A stretch of DNA of 63,919 nt, the filler included, from Octopus bimaculoides (lineage: Eukaryota), in assembly GCF_001194135.2 (NCBI RefSeq). It is 9 parts of 8 records of this genome, joined end to end, with 100 filler letters (N's around TTAATTAATTAA, not from the genome) between each part and the next. Parts side by side here need not be neighbours in the genome. Positions count along the whole stretch, not along the records: positions 1 to 15,181 come from NC_068982.1; 8 more parts are not named here. One strand, given 5' to 3'. Shown here one piece after another: positions 1-12,175 of this stretch. Position 1 is the first letter of the stretch. Every line of letters begins with the position of its first letter. Under the pieces are notes generated by a model, which was not told where the DNA came from, did no database searches, and worked only from the letters and a program-made list of their open reading frames with translations. The position numbers and the translations under genes were made by a program.

Positions 1-19
1 GCTATTGATGGCCGTGTAA

Positions 20-470
20 TACATCCAAGCCTCTCCTAATTATTCTGTCCGTGCAAACGCGGCAGACGTTTTGTAACAGTTCTAGCGGGCACTCTATTCT
101 GATTTCCTATATATTCATGTTGATGCATTTTGCTACTCTCCCCAACGGCCCTACATTAATTGGAATTATCTTCACCTTGTTCAGGCTATTTCGTACTCAA
201 GATAATTGTATGTATATCCATTTTTTCGCCTTGCTTCTTGATATTTGTGTGCGAAAGGGGCAGGCAACATCAACAGTATAGCACATGTTGTGCATGTTCT
301 CCACCACCTGAAGGCCCAGTTTGTTATTCTCTTGCACCGGATCTTTTTGGAGTGGGAAATCCGATAGGATTTTACAGGTCTCCAACAATACAACTTATTA
401 TAGCTTGTGCTCATACCAAGTCTTGTTTCTCTTTAGATCTCACTTTCGCTCAGTTTCGGTAGGGCACTGC
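20..470 (-). mobile_element. 3' fragment of an R4/Dong-like non-LTR retrotransposon (restriction-like endonuclease region), decayed
   Basis: Minus-strand frames give TWYEHK..KILSDFPLQKD..CYTVDVACPF..YLEYEIA / VKIIPINVGPLG, which matches the REL C-terminus pattern WYEH..ILWDF.IQTD..IDVACP..IPIVVGALG. Stops and frameshifts are present. Confidence 0.8.
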
Positions 471-2590
471 AGGAAATAGAGCACAAATGCTGAACTCTGA
501 AATACAAACTCTTTCGACATCGCTTTCCACTAACCTTCATTATTTCCTTCCATAAAAGAAGTAAAATTTATTTAGAAATGTATACTCAGTTAACAGAATC
601 CTGATATAACGTCGCAATAAAAAAAGGGCCATTATAACGTGACTGTTGGAAAACTATGTAAATAAGCTGAGCGATTGTTGGCGAGTAGATTCATTTATAT
701 CAAACCTTGGATTCATATATTATCAATTTCAATTCAGTATATACGGGATTATCTAACAAATGAATCATACCAAATATTATAACTAAAGTATAAGATTTTA
801 TTCCGATTAACGCAATATAAAAGTTTTGCATAATTTGTTTTACGCTTAGAATAGTGATGAAACCTATTATTATAATGACGTCATTCATCCTATGGACAAG
901 CCCAAATATTGTTTAAAAACTTAATCAACGCGTCGTTGCACTTTATTAATGACAAAATCCTAGAAATCGGTGTGAATAACCTGAATACTATTTAACGTCA
1001 AAATATTTTGTCCTGATCTGTATCATTAAATTACATCGAGAAAGATATATATGTCAACAAATTGTATGTACTCGAACGAGTATATTAAATTTACACAAGT
1101 TACTAATGTGTATAATTGATTTCGTTTTTTATATATATATAATTGGCGCGATACCCAGAAAATATAATTGTTGAGTATGCTTGATTTACTAGAAGACAGC
1201 ATTTTATTTACATCCGTTCTATTGAACACAAAATGTGGCACCAATATCAAATTCAGCAGAATTTAAAATCATGCGCCAATTTATACATCAGCTTACGGAT
1301 TGATTGATCCTTTGCACCTGAGCAAATACAGCACGCTGGTTTGGCAGCAGTAGTGATTCAGAGAAATGATAATATTAGTGGATCTGCGGCGATGTGGTTA
1401 ATACCTGACGGATGTATGTATTTTAATGATATTCACTGCCATCATATTTAGCAGCAAATGAAATTAAATAATAATGACTTCCAGTTGCTGTGCTTACAAA
1501 TATTTCAAATTGAATATTGGGCCCTGCATGCGGAAGGAATTCTTTCATTTATATTGCATCTCTTTTCCTCGCGTATCTCTTCATGACAACGGCGCAGGTA
1601 CTATGTGTTATTAAAAGTACAAATATAGTAGGTCTTCCTCTGAGCCACAAAAGAAATGTGCCAACACATGCATGGTTCAACTTCTATTCTCTGTTACGTT
1701 ATCACATTTAATTAATCATTTTAGTAACTTACTTACATATATATTTACAATGTGTAGTGTAAACGAGTAACATCTCCCTTGTGTAATACTAGTATATCTA
1801 TAAGTGTGCAGAACGACAAAATTGGAATTAATACATTTTTTAATGAGAATGAAGTCAAAATAGTGAAATCCAAAATACATCCAAAATGTTTATGCCAGAA
1901 AAGCTGCTCGTGTAAACAGCAGTATGGAATAATAAAAGAAGGCTTCTAGGCATTTTCTAATATTTTTCTTTTTAAAACTTCCACTTCGAAATGAAACTAA
2001 AATCAATTTGGAATAATCACCCTCTGGGTTCGATAAAAAATATTTCACTAATAATACACAATGTTTGATCCCATCGACGTAATTCAGGAAATATTACCGA
2101 GAACCATTATTATTGATTGCAATATTAATTTAATAGGAAAATAAATTAATTTAATAGAAATATATTAATATATATTCTGAAAAGTTATTAACCTTTTCGC
2201 CCCTTTATTTTGTATTGAAGAAATTTTGAAATACGCGATAGGTCATAAAAATTTGTAAATTTAATATTAATGGAGAATCGGGTTTCTAAAGTAATAACTG
2301 TCATCGTTTCAACAAAAACATATATGTGATTGTATGTGTCTGTGTGTGACTGTGTGAATGCGTATAAGTGTATGTGTGATGGCGCTACTGTTATTTTATT
2401 AAATTAGTAAGTGAGAAATAAACTAAAATATTGGACGTCATTTAAATTATATTCTGCAATTATGCCAGCGAACACTTGGATATATAAAGCACTATATATC
2501 ACTGCTGCATTTACGGCTTTTTGAAAATGAGAGTTCCTCTAATATTTAAAAATTACGAATACGAATAAATATTCTTTGCTACGAATGAAT

Positions 2591-2794
2591 ATTCTTGCTT
2601 AGGCACAAGGCCAGAAATTTTCGGGGAAGGGGCCAGTCGATTCGATCAAGCCCAGCACCCAACTGTTACTTAATTTAACGACCATGAAAGAATGAAAGGC
2701 GAAGTCAACCTCACCGGAATTTAAACACATAACGTAAGACAGACGGCATACGGTAAATAATTTCGCCCTAACATTTCTGCCAGCACGCCGCCTT
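2591..2794 (-). mobile_element. tRNA-derived SINE, family A (head AAGGCGGCGAGCTGGCAG.., B-box-like GAGTTCAAATTCC)
   Basis: Homologous to the copies at 2808-3023, 43360-43550, 43577-43760, 48043-48259 and 60976-61080. Confidence 0.85.
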
Positions 2795-2807
2795 AATATA
2801 AATAAAT

Positions 2808-3023
2808 ATTCTTTTCTACTCTAAGCACAAAGCCCAAAAATTTGGGGGCGGGGGCCATCGATTAGGTCGACCTTAGTACGCAACTGATACTTAATTCATT
2901 GACCCCGAATGGATGATAGGCAAAGTCGACTTCAGTGGAATTTGAACTCAGAACACGAAGACTGACGAAATAGCGCTAAGCATTTCGCCCGGCATGCTAA
3001 CGTTTCTACCAGCTCGCCACCTT
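2808..3023 (-). mobile_element. SINE family A, second tandem copy
   Basis: Same family as the neighbouring copy; TTTGAACTC B-box complement near 2940. Confidence 0.85.
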
Positions 3024-3052
3024 AATATGAATAAATATTAGTAACATAATGG

Positions 3053-3422
3053 GCGCAGACATGGTTGTGTGGTAATAAACTTGCTCCCAAATCACATGGT
3101 TCTGGATTCAGTCACACTGCGTGGTGTCTCGGGCAAGTGTCTTCTATTATAGTGTCGGGCTGACAGAATGCTTGTGAGTGAATTTGATACGCAGACACTC
3201 TAAGAAGCTTATATGTGTATGTGTTTGTGTGCGTACTTGTGTCTGTATTTATTCCCCACCATTTAACAAGCAATGTTGCTGTGTTTATGCAGCCGTAACT
3301 TAGCGGTTACAAAATGATCGATAACATAAATACTACGTTTTAAGGAAAATAAGTCCTGTGGACAATCATTTCTAGTAGGTATCACAGAATGATCGCAGTC
3401 AAATGACTAAAAGAAGTAAAAG
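3053..3422 (+). mobile_element. tRNA-derived SINE, family B (bipartite, with internal microsatellite)
   Basis: Head GCGCAG..TGTGTGGTAA..GGTTC..GATTCAGTC, a CORE-like ..GGGCAAGTGTCTTC segment, a (TG/TA) middle, and tail ..GCAGTCAAATGACT..AGTAAAAG. More than 10 related copies occur in the window. Confidence 0.8.
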
Positions 3423-3639
3423 AAAGGATAAACTATATACTTTTAGCCTGGAATACGGGTGTTTCTCATTTCCCTACCAACTGTCTTCGGCACTTAACAT
3501 TTTAACAGAGAACTCATTTCGCGAGTCATTATTTGGTGCAAAGATCATTAGATCATTGTTATAACGATTAGACAGAGGGGCAGTAGAATATCTCTAAGAA
3601 ATGGACAACGTACAAATTCTCTCTTCAGAACTCCTGAAA

Positions 3640-4258
3640 CATTTTTCAGATATGATCCATCCAATTCTTATAAAAATGAAAACTCTGTCCAAATTGATGA
3701 CCTAAACACGATGGCCTAAGCCGGTTAGGTAAAATTGCCAGCATTACCAGCTCCTTCTTATCCTCTTATGGATTTTCTAGAAGGCACTTCCATCCAGACA
3801 AATGATTATCTGAACAATATCAGACAATACCACTCTGCATTTCAAATGAACATAGTTGAACATGATTTTTACGCCGACGTCATAGTTCAAGGGCAGGTCT
3901 GTCACCTAATTGATTCCCTGTTACCCACAAATGAACAACCACAGTTCCTCCAAATTTATTTTATGAGTGATGTAGGACAACAAGCCCGACGGAGGTGTAA
4001 AAAATTCAGATGATGCGTCGTGTTAGACACGTCGCCGACTGTTGTAAAGGAAAGTATATCCACTGACAGCTTAGGACCTAAAGTAATCCAATCGGACGCA
4101 TAGCATCCTGCTAAGTCGAATTATCTCCTCATTTACTCCACAAATATTTTTTATTGTCACTGCTGCCGTTCCCATATCACATGTTTCAACATAACTGTAA
4201 TATATTATATACAAGCTATGCTATTTTAATCCCGAGCAACGACGGGTTTCTCCGCTAG
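3640..4258 (+). mobile_element. Internally deleted Helitron: N-terminal Rep-associated coding remnant joined to the 3' terminus
   Basis: FRYDP..VQI..(G)VKLPALP..YLNNIRQYHSAFQM..VQGQVCHLIDSLLP..PQFLQIYF matches the Helitron pattern NIRxYNSAFQM..VQGQVYH.IGSLLP..FLQIYF. 3' hairpin CCCG-agcaacga-CGGG at 4231-4246, then CTAG at 4255-4258 followed by T. The 5' end was not located. Confidence 0.85.
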
Positions 4259-6109
4259 TGATACGTAAATGTCTAACGCTTATTCTAGAAACAAAATATT
4301 TTATAAATTTATGCCATCTATGGACTATTCATGACTAATATTTTTCCCTTTCTTCACAAAATCCCTTCAAATATGTAATTCCGAATTTCAAAATGAATAT
4401 CTCTTATCTGAAACCAAATTTTCTTTTTCTTTCTCAATATGACACTTAGCTAAGCTTGTGTACATCAGCTTTGATCTTTATTCATTGGTATTAATATGTT
4501 CTTATTCAGTGTAAAGATTTTAAATTATCTTATTTGAAATGTTTACACAATTATTTAAGCAGGGGACAACATTAAACTTTCATTCTCCATAATTATCTGA
4601 CACGATATACCATTCAGTAACATGAATAATATACAATTCTCATCGAATCCATTTCGGTGTATATTAGGTCTCTCTAAGATGCAAAGCACATCTAACTAAT
4701 TAACATATCTAACATTTCCCGACGTTCGTAGTAGAAATTTATATTCTCATGGAGAATATAGAGTTATTTTCCAGATACCAATTCTTTTCTATAATACTCA
4801 CGCTATCGTTGCAGAATACTTTCATAATCTTTGTATTTTGTTTCGTATCTTGATCAAATTAAAACTCTACGCTATTGAAAACAGGTACTTATTTTCTTCT
4901 CCTTCATTATTCTTATCAACAGAATTAATATGATATTAACTGAATAAAGAGAAAGAGTATTAACATGCAGATTTACGTGACTTTTCACTTGTAAGAATGT
5001 ACAGGAGGATTTTGTGAAAAGAAGTTGCGCAATAAAGAGATAGTGAGTAAAGGCAATGTTTTTGTCTAAATAGGACTGCCATTATATTGTCTTTAATTCG
5101 TAGAACGTTGAATGCATTTAGATAAAATATCTTTTTAGGAAATATTCATGTTAGTAAAAGTATATACAAAAAACAAAAATTGGCCATGACATAACATTCC
5201 CTTAATTCAGTTAAGTTAAACAATTTTCAATAGGAGAAACACTTTCACATTTCGAAAAGTCAATACAAAAAGAGAGAATTATTATATAACCGTTAAATTT
5301 CAAGGATGGTGCACCTTTGGGGAAATAATTCTTTTAATGTTTAATAACTTCCTCACTTTTAATAGTGCAAGATATTGCAAAGTATAGCATGTATTGTCTT
5401 TACAAAACTAGCAGTAGATTAAGATATTTGTATCAGCCATGTTTGACGCTAAGTGGTAAAATGAATGTATGATGCAATTTCATATGATTTAGACCTTTGG
5501 TAATGTACAAGAAAACATCGCTAACTTTCCGGAGAAAATGTAGTCACAAGTAACGTAAATTACAGTTTGTAGTATACAAACGTTAGACATGAAGTAAATT
5601 GAAAAATCGCACATAGTTGTATAGATATATATGTACGTCGGTATATATATANNNNNNNNNNNNNNNNNNNNNNNNNNNNNNNNNNNNNNNNNNNNNNNNN
5701 NNNNNNNNNNNNNNNNNNNNNNNNNNNNNNNNNNNNNNNNNNNNNNNNNNNNNNNNNNNNNNNNNNNNNNNNNNNNNNNNNNNNNNNNNNNNNNNNNNNN
5801 NNNNNNNNNNNNNNNNNNNNNNNNNNNNNNNNNNNNNNNNNNNNNNNNNNNNNNNNNNNNNNNNNNNNNNNNNNNNNNNNNNNNNNNNNNNNNNNNNNNN
5901 NNNNNNNNNNNNNNNNNNNNNNNNNNNNTATATAGACACATACATGATCTGACTCTCTGTCTCTGTCTCTCTGTCTCTCACAGATTCATATGTACGTATA
6001 TATACATACACACACTTATTTATATTAGTAGCTGTGTGGCTAAGATGTCTTGTTTGCAGCCGTAAAAATACGTAGACACTTGATGAAAGACAAGTATGAG
6101 ACAAAATAC

Positions 6110-6650
6110 GACTAAAGCAGCACCTAATGATTCAAACAGAATTAAGTTACCAACAGGTATATTCCAGGATGATAGTTTATTGGCAATGCTACTTGTACTA
6201 ATAATGCACTCATTTTCAGCTCTGTTAACAAAATTCCAAGGGTATACGCTGAGTTACTCATATATGTTTTGGTGATGACCTAAAGCTGTATTCTCGTAAC
6301 AGGAACAGCCACAAGAAACTATAACAAATAGATTCAACATTCTAACGGCTTATAGAAATGGAGTCTGGGCTCGACAAATGCTCATTTAAAATAGTCAAAT
6401 AAGTGAGGGTTGCCGAGCAGTTAGAGAACATAAGCATCAATGGTTTGGTTCTATCGTCTACCGCCAATGACGAAAAGTACAGGTATTTTGGAATTAATGT
6501 TATCAGTAAAACAAGAATAACAAAGTCTCTGCTGCTAGTACAACCTGCATAAAAAAAAGTGAAGGAGTACTTTTATAGACTCTGGAAAATGTGGAACATG
6601 GAGCTATCTGAATTTAACAGAACAATATCTCACAATGCTAGAAATAGAGA
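6110..6650 (+). mobile_element. R4/Dong-like LINE reverse transcriptase fragment, decayed
   Basis: GIFQDDSL (GIFQGDSLSP), GDDLKLYS (YMDDLKLY), MESGLDKC (MEFGLDKC), KYRYFGI, EYFYRLWKMWNMELSEFNRTISHN. Confidence 0.8.
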
Positions 6651-7355
6651 AGAATGTATCGGAGAGGAAACTTAAACGTAAGTAAAGAAATATGGTTAAT
6701 GGCGTTGTCGGAAATTTCTGTTAAGCGGCGCTACGGAATTTTCAGCAAAATATATTTGGATACATAATTACATATCAAATTGATGTACCTACGCATCGCC
6801 TACTAATTTTAAAAGCTTCAAGTGTAATGTATAATTGACTCATGTGGTGCGTCACTTGTCTTACAAAATAACACTGCGGTAATACTATACAAATAGACGA
6901 TCACATGTAATAACTATAAATTACGCCAAAGGGAAAATATATTTTAATGAAATGTTCGCAAATATTTTTCAAATAATCATTTTATAATATTTAAGGAAAT
7001 TGTCTCTAACTCCATTGATAATTATTGTAAATGGAATTATATTAAGAGTTTTTCTCTAAAGCCATTGATATAACACATACGAAGTCATTCGTTGGCATAT
7101 TTCAGACAATAACAATGTAGTATTTTCTCATATTTCTGCATGTGTTTAAAGATAAAACATATTTCAGAGATATTTTGAAGTATTTCTGTGTATGAATGAA
7201 ACGACTCAATGAATTTGTGTCCCCTAAATATTAAATTTAAATAAAAGCTCAAACGTTCATAGCAATAGATATCGGCACGCATTTTAAGAAAAAGCAGTGC
7301 ATTATTATCGATGATTCACAGGCAGAAAATAAGGCAATATATATNNNNNNNNNNA

Positions 7356-7653
7356 ATTACGGGGACGTAAACACACTAGCATCGGTTGACAAGCAATGGT
7401 GGGGAGACAGACACAGACACACAAACACACACACACATACACACACACACGCACACACACACACATATATATATATACATATATACGACGGGCTTCTTTC
7501 AGTTTCCGTCTACTAAATCCACTGACAAAGCTTTGGTCGGCCCGAGGCTATAGTAGAAATCACTTGTCCAATGTGCCACGCAGTGGGACTGAACCCGGAA
7601 CCAAGTGGCTGGTAAGCAAGCTACTTACCACACACCCACTCCTGTGCCTATAT
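7356..7653 (-). mobile_element. SINE family B with internal (CA)n(TA)n; tail cut by a gap
   Basis: High-identity head CGACGGGCTTCTTTCAGTTTCCGTCTAC..GGGACTGAACCCGGAACC. Confidence 0.85.
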
Positions 7654-9940
7654 TGATAATGTTACGAAATTATTCAGTTATTGTTTCTGCANNNNNNNNN
7701 NCCTATATTGATAATGTTACGAAATTATTCAGTTATTGTTTCTGCAACTTACATGGTATTATCTATTTAACCTCTCAGCTTGGCTGTGATTGAGCAGTCT
7801 TGCAATCAATGTTATCAAGACCATACGCACCCTGATATTTGTTTCTATACATAATGTATCTTAAGCTAAATTATCAAATATATCCCATTTTGAAGAGGTT
7901 ACATTTCGAGAAATCTTTGGTGGGAAATATTTACATCATATGCTACTACACGGCGATATAAACAAACATTTTCCTGGGAATTCAAACAATTTTGTTGAGC
8001 ATAATTAGTTGTAATTTCAGAAACTCAGCTACGAACAAAATATGACGAGTGTTACAAATTACCCGTTAATTGATACTTTCGTTTATCTTAAGCTTATTGA
8101 AATTTCTACAATTCTAAAAGCATTGTTTATTATCTATAAACTTCTGAATAATCTTTTATTGAACTTTGACCAATTTTTGGAAAAAGAAATTTTTAATACA
8201 GTATTAAATATAATCGCCATTGGCTATTTAAAATACATTTGCAAATTGGAAAAAGAAATAGGAATTGAGTTTTCTATTTCATAAACTATTAATGTAGCCA
8301 GCTATTCACTAAAATATAATATGATCCAATCGCTGTAATGGAATGAGTGCTTAGAATTTGTGAATTGTAATTATGAAAATTAAATACTGAAAATTGTGTA
8401 CATTTAAATGTATAGAGTGTTTCCCAAATAGCAATCTAAATCGTCAGAATGGAAATATTTTTCCATAGTAGGTGCATATTTTTCAGTTACATTATGCGAG
8501 ATTTCTAAGACATGAGAAATAATAATGAAAGCGACATGAACGTATCATAGAGCTAACTTTCAATCCTAGAAGACTACATTAAGATCAAAACGTTATCAAT
8601 ATAATACAAATAAATAGCATAATTACAAGAACGAATAGACAATGAAAATATAATAAAAAGAATAAACGAATGTAAGAACAAAATATCAAAGTTCGAAATT
8701 ATATAACCGTGAAAGCTATAAACATTAAACCGATGAATAACGAACATACATAACGAGAGATAAACAAAGAAACTACATAAAAGACACACAAAATATCACA
8801 TCGTATCGTATTCACCATTTTTCCAAACCTTAAATACTTCAACGGAAATATGGACATCAAAACATCAAAGAGAACATCGTAATAAAATTGTAAATGTTGA
8901 ATGTGACATTAATCTAAAGGTCGAAATATTTCAAGATGTAAAATCAAAAGATTTTTCCTCCGGACAAGCGATATACATCTTTAATATTAAACTTAACGAT
9001 ATAATAGCAAGAAAATTGACAACAAAATCTATGTTATCAAATCTATACTTGAATCTTCTGCCAACATCAATATTATTGAATGAAATGCCGTAGTAGTAAC
9101 TGTGAAAATAGATTACGTTCTGAAGATATATCATACAGGAATATATATAAACTTAATCAACGTTGTGAAAAAAACTTTATAGAGAATAGAAGATAGGAAA
9201 GGAAATGCTCAATCAATTTTTATTGAAATTGATACTATCTTAAATTAAGTGAAAAACGGAAAGGGGATATAAATAGTATAGAAATAAAGTGTATGATATT
9301 TGTTATATTTTGGCGTAACACTCTCTCACTAAACGACGTCATTTTGAAAACGGTGAAGTCTCATTTGAAAAGCAATAATGTAAGTTATTTTACTAATGAA
9401 TAGCTTATAGCTACAAAGTTAGCGATCAACTGTTCACATTATTGGAAGTAGAATTTAGAGAGACAGAATAGTAGTATAAAAGGTGAGAATATTACAATGA
9501 ATATGTGAACGATCCTAACCAGAATGGAATGAAACTTAACGCCGCCAAGTACAATGCATATTAAACACTACCGTTATGAAGCTTCTGAAAACCAAGGACT
9601 AGCATGTAATTATCAAAGTAAACATGGGTGTTCGTTAGAGATACGTATATGAAAATAAATTCTTGAAATATTCAGAAAATATAGATTTTGTATACTTCTG
9701 CCAATTTAATGACCTTCCAATCCAGTTTTTAATGGCTTCTGATAAATTTTTTTGTTAATGCAGGCCGTTTTGAAGTAACTTGCAAAATGCTGTATACATT
9801 AACATTTGCATATCAGAAAGTGACGGAAATTTAAACGCGAATCATCGAAAGAGGTATCGATTTTAAAGCTCACTATCTATATACATTTAAGATATGCGAT
9901 ATTATGAAAAAATAAATATATAATGTTATCATTATCAATA

Positions 9941-9960
9941 CCACACACACACACACACAC

Positions 9961-10026
<66 letters not shown>
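9941..10026. repeat. Compound (CA)n(TA)n microsatellite (one example of dozens in the window)
   Basis: Directly visible. Confidence 0.95.
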
Positions 10027-10031
<5 letters not shown>

Positions 10032-11989
10032 ACACCCACTCTACAAATGATTCATGAAATACAGAGGAAGTGCTACAACAACAAAGAAGCAGGCTGGCAA
10101 TGTCGATGTTATTACCTTTGTAACGTCACGGGTGGATAGAAATTATATATAGATAGTATTGTTGTAAATAAGACACAAAAAGACTACATCTTCGGAAGCA
10201 TTATGTTAACTGCATAAAATTTACTTCCATGAAATAATTGTATTTTCATCACGCCGAACATTCAAGGAGTAAATATTCAGAAATGTTTCGGGCAAAACAT
10301 GCTGATACGCATAGTAAAGACTATAAGTTCATTCACAGAGGGTGTGGTTTGAATAAAATCTTACAACAACTGAGAAATTGCTCACGCAACTTTGGTTCAC
10401 TAATGGAGAGTCACAAATATGTGAAATGTAAGTATTTGAATAAAACTTAAAATACCAAGGAGTGACAGATACATATCTACATACACACATAAATGTGTGT
10501 ATGCCTATATATCTGTATCACTGAGTGTGAATGTGTATATGTGTGTGTGTATAATATAGTAAAAAAAAAGTTTAGTAATCTTTATATATTTCAAGCACAA
10601 ATGCTCATAAGACAAAGTACAGTTTGGCCATATAAAAGCATGTACAACAGATTCTTTTTATTCCCGAAACGATATACATAAAGTCACATTTCTAAAACGT
10701 ACAGTTCTGATGATTGGCCGGTGTGCCTGAAGTACATGAAGCATCTACTCAACTTTACACAAACATATTTGGAAATAAGTAATAAGGGTAAAGAATTTAG
10801 AGAGATTTTCCTAGCGGAGGCCAGCATGCGTCATGAAGACAATAGACAAAATATTTTTATATTTTTCATATACAATACTGTACGCATTTATACACAAAAC
10901 AGGTGACTTTTAACAGGACAGCTTACATGCTGGAAAGGGCAGTTTAAGCCTAAAACACGAATGAGAGAAATTTCAAAGGGAATGAAAAATAAAATATTTC
11001 TATTAGTTACCCCATTACACGTGTTTCTGCATTAATGTGTAAATAAATAAATTTGCCATCCGAGCTTCTTCATTAAGTGCGCATATCTATGCAGCAATAT
11101 TATCCGTGGTTTTGGCTTGTCTTGCCCTTACCAGCATGTAAGATGTCCTGTTATAAGTCACCTCTTTTGAGTAGAAATACGCACACTATTCTATATGTAA
11201 ATAAATTTGTATTTACATATGTGTATAGATTTAAAAAGATAAATCATGAAAGAATAATGCGCAAATCTTTAATTTTACATATATATGTAGACGCGCAAAC
11301 ATACACACACACGTACACACAAAGACACTCACACACTCACATATTCACGTATGAATGAATACATAAAAATATATGTATGTATGTATGTATATATATATAN
11401 NNNNNNNNNNNNNNNNNNNNNNNNNNNNNNNNNNNNNNNNNNNNNNNNNNNNNNNNNNNNNNNNNNNNNNNNNNNNNNNNNNNNNNNNNNNNNNNNNNNN
11501 NNNNNNNNNNNNNNNNNNNNNNNNNNNNNNNNNNNNNNNNNNNNNNNNNNNNNNNNNNNNNNNNNNNNNNNNNNNNNNNNNNNNNNNNNNNNNNNNNNNN
11601 NNNNNNNNNNNNNNNNNNNNNNNNNNNNNNNNNNNNNNNNNNNNNNNNNNNNNNNNNNNNNNNNNNNNNNNNNNNNNNNNNNNNNNNNNNNNNNNNNNNN
11701 NNNNNNNNNNNNNNNNNNNNNNNNNNNNNNNNNNNNNNNNNNNNNNNNNNNNNNNNNNNNNNNNNNNNNNNNNNNNNNNNNNNNNNNNNNNNNNNNNNNN
11801 NNNNNNNNNNNNNNNNNNNNNNNNNNNNNNNNNNNNNNNNNNNNNNNNNNNNNNNNNNNNNNNNNNNNNNNNNNNNNNNNNNNNNNNNNNNNNNNNNNNN
11901 NNNNNNNNNNNNNNNNNNNNNNNNNNNNNNNNNNNNNNNNNNNNNNNNNNNNNNNNNNNNNNNNNNNNNNNNNNNNNNNNNNNNNNNTA

Positions 11990-12175
11990 TATATATATGG
12001 AGAACTCAGAAAAGAATGAAAAGACGAAGACACGTGGTGTAGAAAAGAAACCACTTATTAGTTTAACGCTCGGGAACTCAAAAAGTCTTTAACGTTTCGA
12101 GAATTCGGTCTTCCACGGAACGGAACACAGAAAGAAACAAGGAGAGAAAATAAATAGAGAAAATAAAGATCTATC
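11990..12175 (-). mobile_element. Dispersed repeat P2, Penelope-type terminal-repeat-like, with a degenerate hammerhead-like motif
   Basis: Homologous to 22575-22745 and 58760-58935 (..CTCGAAACGTTAAAGACTTT..TTCCCGAGCGTTAAACTAATA..ACACCAC.TGTCTTCGTC..). Confidence 0.65.

Noticed and set aside
560-2500. Possible decayed DNA-transposon sequence in the AT-rich start of the window
   Set aside because: I could not recover any transposase motif, TIR or TSD.
7653-7745. Exact direct repeats flanking 10-N gaps (also 24349-24438, 63047-63157, 63442-63473)
   Set aside because: These are contig-end overlaps left unmerged across minimum-size gaps, i.e. assembly artefacts.
8931-9134. Resemblance of ..IACPEEKSF.. 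to the Cys-loop or chemotactile receptor TM1-TM2 linker (GEKISF)
   Set aside because: The match is only a few residues, with no Cys-loop or TM2 motif in any frame. No gene call is made.
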